Shown: positions 39,808 to 49,682 of the stretch, in pieces | Layout: each line of letters starts with the position of its first letter | How positions within the stretch are numbered: the stretch's first letter is position 1 | DNA from: an uncultured Verrucomicrobiae bacterium | GTDB lineage: Bacteria > Verrucomicrobiota > Verrucomicrobiia > Chthoniobacterales > UBA10450 | DNA length: 64,000 nucleotides | Assembly: GCA_963801815.1 (NCBI GenBank) | Contig: CAWDGJ010000003.1 | Span: 320,001-384,000 of the forward strand | Direction of reading: 5' to 3' | The notes under the pieces: model-generated | The model's input: only the letters and a program-made list of their open reading frames with translations | Told to the model about the DNA's origin: nothing | Database searches by the model: none | Made by a program: the position numbers and the translations under genes

Positions 39808-40619
39808 AAATCGTTGCGATTGCGAACCAAAAAGGCGGGGTGGGCAAGACGACGACAGCAGTGAATCTCGGAGTCGCCTTAGCTGAGAAAAAAATGAGTG
39901 TCCTTTTGATTGATCTCGATCCCCAGGCAAACGCGACCAGCGCACTCGGCATGCAGGAAATCGAAGGCGAAAGCATTTATGATCCGCTTCTCGGCGAAAC
40001 CTCGATAGCCGACAAGGTGTTGCCCACGCGCATCGAGAATTTGTTTATCATTCCGGCCGACTTGGATTTGGCCGGTGCTGAAATTGAAGTGGCACGGATG
40101 CCGGATCACCTGACGCGCCTCGCCAGGACGTTGTCGACCTTTCGTTTGGATGAAACTTTCGATCTGATCCTGATCGATTGTCCTCCTTCGTTGGGAATTC
40201 TGATGACGAATGCGCTGGCCGCAGCAGACGAAATACTGACGCCGATCCAATGCGAGTATTTCGCGCTCGAAGGTTTGGCAAAAATCGTGCGCGTCATCGA
40301 GCAGGTACGCGACTCTGGCGCCAACGCGCACATCCAAATTGGGGGCATCGTCATGACCATGTTCGACAGTCGAACAAACTTGAGCGAGCAGGTCGTCGAC
40401 GAAGTGCGACAGCATTTCGGCAAGCGCGTTTACAACACTGTCATACCGCGGACGGTGCGGTTGAGCGAAGCCCCGAGCTTTGGAAAATCAATTCTCGAGT
40501 ACGACCCTAGCGGTGTTGGCGCCTCGGCTTATCGCGGGTTGGCTCGCGAATTCATCAAACGGCATGTTCGGTTCGCCGGTCCGGGACCAGAGGTGCGGAC
40601 GAGCCCTGTGGTTGGCTGA
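39804..40619 (+). CDS. parA: ParA/Soj family ATPase
   Basis: NQKGGVGKTTT, IDLDPQANAT, IDCPPSLG, QCEYFALEGL, LSEAPSFG. Confidence 0.93.
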   Translation: MKIVAIANQKGGVGKTTTAVNLGVALAEKKMSVLLIDLDPQANATSALGMQEIEGESIYDPLLGETSIADKVLPTRIENLFIIPADLDLAGAEIEVARMPDHLTRLARTLSTFRLDETFDLILIDCPPSLGILMTNALAAADEILTPIQCEYFALEGLAKIVRVIEQVRDSGANAHIQIGGIVMTMFDSRTNLSEQVVDEVRQHFGKRVYNTVIPRTVRLSEAPSFGKSILEYDPSGVGASAYRGLAREFIKRHVRFAGPGPEVRTSPVVG

Positions 40620-40680
40620 AGTTTCGTTCGGGTTAGAAAGAAAGACGCGACGCCTGCGAGTCGCGATTCATTAGTGAAGG

Positions 40681-41319
40681 ATGGTCACTAAAGCCGAGGA
40701 ATACGCCCAATCCGCAGAGCCGCCAGACTCATCCAGCTTGTCGAAGGTGCGGGAAGCGGCGCAACATTGTACGGCGTGTCATTTATACAGGCAGGCAACG
40801 CAGACCGTCTTTGGCGAAGGTCCTAGAAACGCGCTGATCATGCTCGTCGGTGAACAACCAGGCGACTACGAAGATCTGGCTGGAAAACCGTTTGTTGGGC
40901 CAGCCGGCAGAATCATGGATCGTGCCCTCGAGGAAGCGGGAATCGATCGCAAGAAAGTTTATGTAACTAACGCGGTGAAACACTTTAAATGGGAATCGCG
41001 CGGCAAACGCAGGCTTCATAAGAAACCGAACTCGCGTGAGATTGCCGCGTGTCACCCTTGGCTGGAGGCAGAAGTGCGACTCGTTAGGCCTAAGCTCGTC
41101 GTGGCGATGGGCGCGACCGCGGCGCAGACTATCTTCGGCCCTGGCTTCCGGGTCACGCGCGAGCGCGGCAAAGTTTCATCATCAAAACTCGGGCCCAACG
41201 TCCTTGCAACTGTACATCCTTCGTCGCTGTTGCGTCAGCCGGATGAAGAATCCCGCCGTCGCGAGTACAAAAACTTCGTCGCGGATCTGCGTACAGCGTC
41301 AAAAGCTGCGGGACTTTGA
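40681..41319 (+). CDS. udgX: UdgX-type family-4 uracil-DNA glycosylase
   Basis: CTAC Fe-S motif, GEQPG, NAVKHFKW, KRRLHKKP R-loop, HPSSLLR. Confidence 0.85.
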   Translation: MVTKAEEYAQSAEPPDSSSLSKVREAAQHCTACHLYRQATQTVFGEGPRNALIMLVGEQPGDYEDLAGKPFVGPAGRIMDRALEEAGIDRKKVYVTNAVKHFKWESRGKRRLHKKPNSREIAACHPWLEAEVRLVRPKLVVAMGATAAQTIFGPGFRVTRERGKVSSSKLGPNVLATVHPSSLLRQPDEESRRREYKNFVADLRTASKAAGL

Positions 41320-41496
41320 CCCTTTGACTTCGGATTCGTCACTGCAATTGATGATGTCAACTGCTTCCGATGTGGCGTCCGGTTTCTTCGAATGGGAGCC
41401 ACTCGCATCTTTGTTTTAGATTTCATTCGCACTACGGATGACGCCGGAGATTCGTTGCTGAAATCTTTCCCTCTCATGATATTGTCTTCGCCTTCT

Positions 41497-41572
41497 GGGG
41501 GTATAGCTCAGCTGGTAGAGCGTCTCGTTCGCAATGAGAAGGCCAGGGGTTCGAATCCCCTTACCTCCACCA
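41497..41572 (+). tRNA. tRNA-Ala(CGC)
   Basis: GGGGGTA acceptor, anticodon loop TTCGCAA, GGTTCGAATCC T-arm, encoded CCA. Confidence 0.95.
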
Positions 41573-41853
41573 GCTTCGCGTCCACGAAATTCAAATCACA
41601 CCTTGGGGACGGATGAGAATTCTGCGTTGGCATATTGCAGTGATCACTCATGGCTGAGTGACCGCGCACGTCACCGCGCGATGGAAGTCGCTCCGCACGT
41701 GGCCAGGGACTCGCCCTTCTGGGAGTTACCGGCACAAGAAGGACGGCGTGAGGATGGGGGGACCCAGCCGCTGGAGAAGCGTATCACCCACGCCGTCCTT
41801 TGTGCTCCGCGTTACCGGATACTGTCAGGCGATGCCTGTATTTACCTAGACAA

Positions 41854-41912
41854 ACAGTTAAGAGACAGTTACAAACAGGTTTTGCACAGTTGTGGACAGT
41901 TGAGAAACAGTC
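41854..41912. promoter_or_regulatory. Six helically phased ACAGTT direct repeats
   Basis: Motif starts at 41854, 41865, 41875, 41886, 41896, 41907 (spacing 11/10/11/10/11). Confidence 0.6.
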
Positions 41913-41943
41913 GGCAAAAATTGAAACACGAAAGCCGTTCGCT

Positions 41944-43108
41944 GTGAAAGTGCCTCAAACAAGAATCTCGCGCGACCTCGGTCCTTTACCGCGTGGACCT
42001 GCTCTCAAAGGCAGATACGATAACGCCGATGGACTCCGCCAAGCATTGCGGTCGCTCGCAATTAAAAATCAGCGCGAGCAGCCCAGAGTCTTCTACTCCC
42101 TTCGTGAGGTCGCAAAACGATTTAGGGTGCCGGTCTCAACTGTCGCAAAGATCTATCGCGACATGGAACAAGACGGCCTTTTAAGTCGGGTGCGAGGTTC
42201 CAGGACCGTCTTGAATGGTTTGCGCAATAATCGAAGGCTAAGCGTCCGCGGCTTTGTTGGCTTACCCGCTCTCATTTCGAATTTTGTCGCCATTCAAGAG
42301 TATCGAACGTTTTTCATTTCTCTTCGTCGTGAGCTCTGGTCGCGAGGCTTCGCAACAACAATGTTTTTTTTTCGACCCAACGAAGCGGCTGATGGAACGC
42401 TGAGTGATCAACTCAGGAACTACGAGGTCGACACCGTGATTTGGCTTCACCCGGGTCGAACCGCAATGGAGACGTTGCTCCGGCTCTCCGACATGGCAAT
42501 TCGAGTCATTGCTGATTTCCCAGATCGGAACACCAAGTATGCCCTCTCGGTATTATGTATGGAAGGAGCGCGCTATTGAGGCGTTGCTAAGGAATTGGAA
42601 ACATCGAAATTCGGTCCGCAAAGTCACGGTCGTTGATTCGAAGGAATATCGGTCGCCCGTTACCGAAGAGGTATTGCGAGTGGTGTTGGAAAATCTCCAA
42701 ATCGAAGCCACCATTCTAACATACCAGGGCGAGGATAGTTTCGTCTTCTGCGCGATTTGTGCTGTTTCAAGACAGACGGGGTCAGTTTTTCCGGCTTCTG
42801 GTCTGGCGTCAATGTTTGCATTTCGAAATCCTGATCAGGTGGCTGATTTGACTAAGATTGCAGCGCGTGGCATTCATTGATGGTCCGATCGACATGCCTT
42901 TTGCCAAGATACCCGATGTGCCAGTAGACTTGGTGACGGTAAACTGGCAGGCAGTGGCTGAATCGATTGTGAATGATCTAATCACACGTGAAGCGTTTGA
43001 TCGTAATCGTCTATACGACTTTCGACGCCGAAGCCCAACTTGAGAGTTTCTCTTAATAGTTTCGCGGACGAGATCCGTCCAGCTCGGGGTATTGCTGCCG
43101 CAGAGTGA
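41944..43108 (+). pseudogene. GntR-like winged-HTH regulator with a periplasmic-binding-fold-like tail, multiply frameshifted
   Basis: YSLREVAKRFRVPVSTVAKIYRDMEQDGLLSRVRGSRT; continuation fragments in other frames (42509.., 42858.., ending ...RPARGIAAAE* at 43108). Confidence 0.65.
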
Positions 43109-43271
43109 AGGTTTGTCATCCGCCAGCGGCGCGATTGTCATTCGATTTAGCGCATACGCTCTTTGACGCTTCTTTATCGCAGCGGAAGAAAAGTCTTGGT
43201 CAACGAGGGTTTTTCCGATACTATATGGCAACGCCGCGGTTAAATAACCGCAACATCGGAGGAGGTTTCTT

Positions 43272-43694
43272 ATGAAAAGACTCTACTGGATCCCGAAGTT
43301 AATGGTTCTTCTTCTGGCTGCAGCCGCTCTCGGTTTCGCAGCGAGAGCGACAGCCGGCAGCGGTTACGATTACTCTCGGAGCGAATTGATGGGCAATAGC
43401 GGCCTGACGATCTTCCGCGAAGCCGCCTACGGATATCAGAATGGCCTGACTATTTATCTGGATGGAATCCCTATAACGACGCTCTCTAAGGGCGAGGGCT
43501 ATCGAGCGATTGTGCGTCCCGGTCGCCATCTTTTGACGATAGCGAATACACCGTCGCCCTACGGCAAGACCAAGTTCACCCGGCGAACGATTACCTTAAC
43601 GCCGGGGCAAAATTATTCGTTTACCGCGATCTGGGACGTTGATGACATCACGCTCCAGGACGGCGGTTATCAATATCACGGCTTTTACCGCTAA
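43272..43694 (+). CDS. Secreted hypothetical protein (small beta-rich domain)
   Basis: GGAGG RBS, signal peptide, IYLDG...VRPGRH pattern. Confidence 0.7.
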   Translation: MKRLYWIPKLMVLLLAAAALGFAARATAGSGYDYSRSELMGNSGLTIFREAAYGYQNGLTIYLDGIPITTLSKGEGYRAIVRPGRHLLTIANTPSPYGKTKFTRRTITLTPGQNYSFTAIWDVDDITLQDGGYQYHGFYR

Positions 43695-43901
43695 TTGTCG
43701 AACGAGATTCCTAGAAACCGCAGCCGCGCTGATCTCATCGCCTTCGTAATAGGCGGAACGAAGCACGATATCGATCTTGCCGTCGTCGTTGAGATCCCGG
43801 AGCACGGCAATTTCGAAAAATCGCGCCACTACGGGTATCAAAAGTTCATTTCGGATCTTCGCGTTGCCCAAAAGCCGCTCAAGGCTAAGGGCATCGACTC
43901 A

Positions 43902-45656
43902 TCACTGTAACACGACGCAAAATACATCACCTTCGGCGTTCTCGATTTCCTGGTGATAACCTAAGTTTCGCAAGTTCTGTTCCAGCTCTTTGGCGCGGTC
44001 CGGATACGCGACTCGATTGATATATAATGCGCTGAACCCGTGTTTTTTGATCTCTGCGAGTGATTCCGCCAGTGGCATCTTTTCGAGATCGTGTTGCCAT
44101 TGTTCTCGTGGTCGACCTTTCATTGATCCAAATGAGAAGCGAAGCTGTCTCGAAAAAAGGTAGGGCCGGAGATGATCGTACGGATTTACAGTGCGCAATG
44201 GGGCTTCGGGAAAATCCATCACCGGAAGCTGGAAAACCATAGCGCCTGGCGGGAGCACTGTCTCCATGTTAGCGACGAAGTCGCGATCGGCGGAAATCTG
44301 TTGCGCGATCAGTCGTTGTTGCTCGGGCGATATCGGCTGGGGCACCTGATCGATAAAAACAATGAGGCAACATACCGCCGCCGCCGAAGTTGCGACCGTG
44401 CTTCTCATTCGCTTGGTTAACCATTCCGCCGTAAATAGAAGAAGGATGGCGAGAATAACAACGCTAAGACGGCAGCCGGCACGCAAGAACGTGAAACCAG
44501 CTGCAGCAAGGATCGCGTTCAATCCATCGGTTGTATAAAACGCAAAAATCCACAATACCTGCCAAGCCGCGGCCGGTATTTCAGATTGCCGTTTGATCGC
44601 AGCGCGCGCCGCGATTGCAATCAAAATTGCCAAAGCCGCCGCGCCGATGATTCCAACATAAGATCCCTCATCATGAAGAATGGCAATATGGGAACGCCAT
44701 AATCCGGCAGCGCGAAATGCCGCGACTTGATGATTCAGTGGCGGCACAAAAAGATCGAGAAGCTTCAGTGCATAAATCTCCACCCATTGAAATTGTCGAA
44801 CTATTGCACCGGAACTTTGGCCGAGTCGCAGCTGCCAAATCCAGGCATTAAAATTCATCAACACAAAACCGAAAACAGTTGCACCGATAAACCATAATCC
44901 GATAAGCAGCCGATCGATTCGATTCGTTCGGATAGACATCGTCATCGTTGTCAGCAGCACCAGCTGACAAAACGTCACCGAATAGTAGGGGTTTTGCACG
45001 CCAGCCAGGACTCCAATCGCCATTCCAATCCAAAATCGCTTCGATCCGATTGCGAGCTCACGTTCGTCAGCTAGCCAACCCCAAACCAGCAAGAACAACG
45101 GCACGTGCCAGCACAGCGCTACCATTGGATGGTCGGGCGATTGCGAGAAGATGAACGACGCCAGCCCGAACGCGAGTGCGGCAGCAAACGACCAGACGAT
45201 GTCGACCTTCCGATAGCGTGCGATGCAATAGAATGTGATGCCGGCCAACAAATGCGAACAAAGCAGCGCGATGTTGAGCGCAGCAAAAATGCCAACAACG
45301 CGCGCAAGAGCGCCAATCAGATAAAGCGGGAGATATTCGAGAAACGGCCAATCATTCCAATTCGCTTCATACGGCGCCCCGAGCTCTGGCACGAACTTCG
45401 AGCAGAACGGAGAAAAATGCCCGTCTCGAGCGGCGCGGACAAATGCAGAATAGACAAGAATGTCCGATTTATCGCGACCCACATACGGGCCTTGGTAAAC
45501 AGTCGGAAGTTGCCACGCCGCGCTTCCCCACATTCCGTTGACGTGGAACCAAGTGATCGTAATCAGCGCGCTCAGCGCGATAACCATTACGACATCACGC
45601 CGATAACTGTTTCGGGCTGAATCAGCCGCTTTCACCGCGACAACTTGCTTCTTCAA
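43902..45656 (-). CDS. Polytopic membrane protein, probable GT-C-type glycosyltransferase
   Basis: Many TM helices, LGAP..ANWNDWP loop, soluble C-terminal domain (VFQLP, FSFGSMKGR). Confidence 0.6.
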   Translation of the reverse strand: MKKQVVAVKAADSARNSYRRDVVMVIALSALITITWFHVNGMWGSAAWQLPTVYQGPYVGRDKSDILVYSAFVRAARDGHFSPFCSKFVPELGAPYEANWNDWPFLEYLPLYLIGALARVVGIFAALNIALLCSHLLAGITFYCIARYRKVDIVWSFAAALAFGLASFIFSQSPDHPMVALCWHVPLFLLVWGWLADERELAIGSKRFWIGMAIGVLAGVQNPYYSVTFCQLVLLTTMTMSIRTNRIDRLLIGLWFIGATVFGFVLMNFNAWIWQLRLGQSSGAIVRQFQWVEIYALKLLDLFVPPLNHQVAAFRAAGLWRSHIAILHDEGSYVGIIGAAALAILIAIAARAAIKRQSEIPAAAWQVLWIFAFYTTDGLNAILAAAGFTFLRAGCRLSVVILAILLLFTAEWLTKRMRSTVATSAAAVCCLIVFIDQVPQPISPEQQRLIAQQISADRDFVANMETVLPPGAMVFQLPVMDFPEAPLRTVNPYDHLRPYLFSRQLRFSFGSMKGRPREQWQHDLEKMPLAESLAEIKKHGFSALYINRVAYPDRAKELEQNLRNLGYHQEIENAEGDVFCVVLQ

Positions 45657-45696
45657 CTTCGGTTAGGGTTTGAGGGATGTTGGCGGCTGCGCGTCT

Positions 45697-46878
45697 TCAT
45701 GAGATCGCGCCGAAGGCAAGACCGAGGCCGTAAGTCACGGCAGCTTCGATTACGCCGACGATTGTCATCTCCAATCCCGACGCCCACCAGGAGCGCAAGG
45801 TGATCAGAGATTTCACCGCACCGACTGCAAAATGCGCGACGATGCTGATGACAAACGCCCAAACGACGGCGGCGATTCCGCTCATGAAGAAAAACGGGAT
45901 GATCGGAATAAATGCGCCAATCGCGGTCGAGATTGCAGCCGAGGTGGAAGATTTCCACGGCGAGGGGAATCGATGCTCGGAGAGTCCGAGTTCGCTCTGC
46001 GCCATCGCTTGCACCAATTGGTCAGGGTTTTCGCCCAATCGTTCGGCCATGCGTTGCGCCTCTTCGGGACTGAAGCCCTGAAGCTGATAAAAGAGCGACA
46101 TCTCTTCGATTTCCTCTTCCGGATTCTCTTCAACTTCCTCCTTCTCGCGCGCGATTTCCGCTTCGTAAACTTCCGCTTCGCTCTTAACCGCGAGATACGC
46201 GCCTGCGCCCATCGACAAGCTCGACGCGATCATTCCAGCCAACCCGGAAATCAAAATGTAATGCTGCTGATTGTTCGTGGCGCCCGCGACGCCGGAGACA
46301 ATTCCGAAAACCGCTCCCAGTCCGTCATTCACGCCGTAAATTGCATCCGCGACCCAACTACCGCCGCGTCCGTGCCACCGTTCGCGTTTTAAAATTGTGT
46401 CCAGGACGGTGCGCGGTCCGAGCTGCGGCACCATTGATTGCAACGCCCGCGCGTGTGCTTTTTCCTCCAATGCGCTTTCGCGCAAGAAATCTCTCACGTC
46501 TTCTTCGCCGGCCAGCGCGCGGTCACGTTGATCACGAAACGCCGCTTCATGTTTTTCCTCCGCAGCTTCCATCCGACGGATCGCGATTTCGCTCCCGAGC
46601 GCACGATTCAACCAGCGTTGCAGTCGCCGGCCCAGCGAGTCTGGAATTGTGGGAATAGGTTCGCCCATGTCCGTCAGCTTCTTTTCCCATCGCTGGGCGT
46701 GACGTTCCTCGGCCTCTGCCATTCGCAGCAGAATGGCTCTGCGTTTTTCATCCGGTTCGCGGCCGGCCAGTTCTCGATAAGCCTGCGCAGTCTCGACCTC
46801 GGCGCGCCAGTTGCGCTTCACGACTTCAACCTTCTGTCGTCGATCCTGTTGTCCATCGGGACCTAACTTTGTTTTCAT
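45697..46878 (-). CDS. Rubrerythrin/ferritin-like domain fused to a VIT1/CCC1 transporter
   Basis: EExH motifs (AEERHA, EEKAHA) followed by DAIYGVNDGL and SMGAGAYL; start MKTKLG overlaps the EamA stop. Confidence 0.85.
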   Translation of the reverse strand: MKTKLGPDGQQDRRQKVEVVKRNWRAEVETAQAYRELAGREPDEKRRAILLRMAEAEERHAQRWEKKLTDMGEPIPTIPDSLGRRLQRWLNRALGSEIAIRRMEAAEEKHEAAFRDQRDRALAGEEDVRDFLRESALEEKAHARALQSMVPQLGPRTVLDTILKRERWHGRGGSWVADAIYGVNDGLGAVFGIVSGVAGATNNQQHYILISGLAGMIASSLSMGAGAYLAVKSEAEVYEAEIAREKEEVEENPEEEIEEMSLFYQLQGFSPEEAQRMAERLGENPDQLVQAMAQSELGLSEHRFPSPWKSSTSAAISTAIGAFIPIIPFFFMSGIAAVVWAFVISIVAHFAVGAVKSLITLRSWWASGLEMTIVGVIEAAVTYGLGLAFGAIS

Positions 46879-47825
46879 CTCGCGCATTCCGTTTCGATGG
46901 CGGGAGTGATCGCCGGCATCGTTTTCGATTTGATTTGCTGCACGGTGATAATGAGCGCGACCGACCCGATGATCAATACTGCGGCGAGCAAAGTCCGCAA
47001 TGTTACTGCCTCGTGTGCGAACAAGGTCCCGAGCAGCACTGCGACAATCGGATTCACGTAAGCGTAAGTGGCGACCTTGGCCGGATCGCAATTGCGCAAC
47101 AGCCAGAAGTAGGCGGTGTAGCCAACGATTGCGCCAATCAACACCAGATAGGCGAACGCCCCTAACGACAACGTAGTGATCTTTCCGAAGTGGAAATCCT
47201 TGAACTCACCGGTGAACAGTCCAGCAAGCATTAACAGCAGCCCGCCACAAAACATCTGCTGGGCCGCGGCGAATAATGGAGCGGCGACGTGTTTCACCGC
47301 GCGGGAATAGATCGAACCGGCCGACCAAATAAATGATGTAACTAGTAAGATTGACATTCCGATAGCTGCGCGACTACCGCCGGACACCCGCAATTCTGGC
47401 CCAAGCAACACTGCCACTCCGAGAAATCCGCCGGCCAGTCCAACCCAGGTGATTCCACTCGGCCGCCGAGTCATTCCAACCAACCAGCCGAGTAGCGTCA
47501 TGTAGATTGGCACGGTTGCAACGATCAGGCTCGCTAGTCCGGTCTCAACAAACTTCTCCGAAATTGTAACTCCACCATTGCCGCCAAGCAGCAAACACGC
47601 TCCGATAATCAGCGATATTCTCCAGTCGCGCCACGTTGACCGAAGTGGGCCTTGTAAGCGCACGATAACCAACATGATCAGTCCAGCCAGAAAGAAGCGC
47701 GATCCCGCCATTAGAAATGGTGGGATTGATTGGATCGCGAAAAAGATCCCCAGATAGGTGGAGCCCCAAATGACGTAAACCGCAGCGAAGGCAATGATGA
47801 TTTGGGTCTTTCGCGGCGGCGACAT
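46875..47825 (-). CDS. EamA/DMT family transporter (YedA-like)
   Basis: VYVIWGSTY, TYAYVNPIVAV, about 10 TM segments. Confidence 0.9.
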   Translation of the reverse strand: MSPPRKTQIIIAFAAVYVIWGSTYLGIFFAIQSIPPFLMAGSRFFLAGLIMLVIVRLQGPLRSTWRDWRISLIIGACLLLGGNGGVTISEKFVETGLASLIVATVPIYMTLLGWLVGMTRRPSGITWVGLAGGFLGVAVLLGPELRVSGGSRAAIGMSILLVTSFIWSAGSIYSRAVKHVAAPLFAAAQQMFCGGLLLMLAGLFTGEFKDFHFGKITTLSLGAFAYLVLIGAIVGYTAYFWLLRNCDPAKVATYAYVNPIVAVLLGTLFAHEAVTLRTLLAAVLIIGSVALIITVQQIKSKTMPAITPAIETECAR

Positions 47826-47848
47826 CAATGACAGTTACGCGATGCGAC

Positions 47849-49666
47849 TCAATGTTCCAGTCGAGCCAACGCCTCGCGCGCTTGCGAAAACTGCGGATTG
47901 ATCGACAGCGCGCGCTCATACCATCGGCGCGCATCTTCCTTGAAGCCCGCGCGCGCGCACATGTCGCCCAGTCGCAACGCGGGAAACTCATAAATGGATA
48001 CAATGTCTGCTTCAAACGTATTCATGCGAGCGGTTCCTGGCGTCGGCGGGTGGCAACGACTCAATAACTGTTCGTTTTCGGCAAGCACGGCCTCAAGCGG
48101 ACGATCCTGTGATTTCGGCATGATCACAGTGAGTAAGCCTTGTGGACACGGCCAATAGTCCAAATCGAGACTGTGATCGTCCCCCAACGTGCCGGCGATT
48201 GCGATCGTCCGGCTGGGGTTGGCCTCTACCAAACCTTTCAAATTGTTCGTCGCGCGATCGTAGCGATCGAACGGGATGACCAAATCGGTATGTCGTTCCC
48301 GGAGCTGCCGCGCGTACCAGTCACCCAATAACATCGGCAGAACGACGAGAGTAGTGTCAGGGCCAACGTGTTCGATCTTTTGGAGGTATAGCAACGGAAA
48401 TGCAAATCCGTCTCCGCTGGCCAGAAGAATGGAGTGCGGTGACGTACTTCCCAGCACGTCCTCGCCAAAGCGACGCGCGATGAAGTTCCGACTCAGATCG
48501 AGTCGATGGTAATTCATCGCGATACTCGCCACGATGGCGGCCAGGCACGCGGCAGCCGTTAGAGGCAAAGACATGATCGAAAATGACGGAAGAAGTCGCG
48601 CGATAACTTTCGCAATGAAAAAAACTCCGAACGCCATCAGGGGTGCGAGGATGACGTGCGACAGCAGAAAGAAACGTTGCAATACAAACAACGCCGATGG
48701 CGCGCTTTGGAGATTTAGATTCGTGATCCAAACAAAAAATGGTCCGGCGAAAACGGACGCGATCAACGTGAACCAGAAATACCAGCGTCGTGATCGAAAG
48801 GCTTCGATTGCTCCTGCGCAAATCAGAGTGCCGGAGAACCAGCCGAATGAAGCGAAGAATGCAGCGAGCCGCGACCATGGCGGTCCGCCAGTGTAACCAG
48901 GCGTGTTAACGAGCCGGGTCGAGCCATAACTCCGTCTTGTGATCAAGCCGACGAGATCGTGGAATGAAGAGACGTTGCCCCAACTATAGGCAGGATGGCG
49001 CGCCGACGCCCACGGCACGTAGGCATACGGTAACAAACCGATCGTGAAAGCCAACGCCCCGATCAGTAGGACGCGTGGTTGCGCGAAGAGAGTTGCGCGC
49101 TTCTGCCAGAGCACAAAACAAAATGCCGGACCCAACAAAACAATCGTCTGATGATTCGTCATTGCGAGTCCGAAGACAAAAAATGCCGCTGTTAGGAAAC
49201 CCGTTTGTTTCGGCTGTTCGTGCCACAAAACGAGCAATAGAACCAAAACCGCCGCCAGCAGGTTGTTCAGTGGAAAAACTTCGGCTGCGAGCGACCATTC
49301 CCAAAAGATTGGGCTGATCGCGAGGGCCAGGGCGGCGATACCTGCGGGGAGTTGAGACCGGGTCAAACGCACCGCGACTAAGTAAACAACGCCCACTGCA
49401 AAGGAATCGCAGACAACGGACAACAGATTCACGCGGAACGGAATCGAACCCAACGGAAGCAAACTGAAAAGATGTCCGAGCATTGTGAAAAGCGGATAGC
49501 CCGGCGGATGTGCCACACCCAAGGTAACTGCGGCAGTGATTAATTCAGGGGTGTCGCCGACGACGATGTCGCGCGCAGCAGTCAGGAAATATAAAACTAC
49601 CGCCGCGATAGTGACGACGATCGCGCCGAGCCAGGGCGTTTCCTCGCGGGTCGTTAAGATCGACAT
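47849..49666 (-). CDS. DUF2723 (TMEM260-like) membrane glycosyltransferase with C-terminal TPR
   Basis: GDTPEL...LGVAHPPGYPLF, AEVFPLN, NHQT; TPR-like end. Confidence 0.85.
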   Translation of the reverse strand: MSILTTREETPWLGAIVVTIAAVVLYFLTAARDIVVGDTPELITAAVTLGVAHPPGYPLFTMLGHLFSLLPLGSIPFRVNLLSVVCDSFAVGVVYLVAVRLTRSQLPAGIAALALAISPIFWEWSLAAEVFPLNNLLAAVLVLLLVLWHEQPKQTGFLTAAFFVFGLAMTNHQTIVLLGPAFCFVLWQKRATLFAQPRVLLIGALAFTIGLLPYAYVPWASARHPAYSWGNVSSFHDLVGLITRRSYGSTRLVNTPGYTGGPPWSRLAAFFASFGWFSGTLICAGAIEAFRSRRWYFWFTLIASVFAGPFFVWITNLNLQSAPSALFVLQRFFLLSHVILAPLMAFGVFFIAKVIARLLPSFSIMSLPLTAAACLAAIVASIAMNYHRLDLSRNFIARRFGEDVLGSTSPHSILLASGDGFAFPLLYLQKIEHVGPDTTLVVLPMLLGDWYARQLRERHTDLVIPFDRYDRATNNLKGLVEANPSRTIAIAGTLGDDHSLDLDYWPCPQGLLTVIMPKSQDRPLEAVLAENEQLLSRCHPPTPGTARMNTFEADIVSIYEFPALRLGDMCARAGFKEDARRWYERALSINPQFSQAREALARLEH

Positions 49667-49682
49667 AAGTAGCTGTCGACGC

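Noticed and set aside
36372..41900. oriC suggested by DnaA-box-like 9-mers (TTATTCACA near 36394, TTTTGCACA near 41880) and parA
   Set aside because: Boxes are few and scattered; no dnaA, dnaN, parB or AT-rich unwinding element is visible.
41573..45656. Intact integrative element or prophage at tRNA-Ala
   Set aside because: No integrase or phage genes, and I did not see a duplicated tRNA-Ala 3' end in the window.
46879..47091. N-terminal extension of the VIT1 gene in the ORF track
   Set aside because: It overlaps the EamA coding region on the same strand; the ATG at 46878 gives a standard 4-nt overlap.
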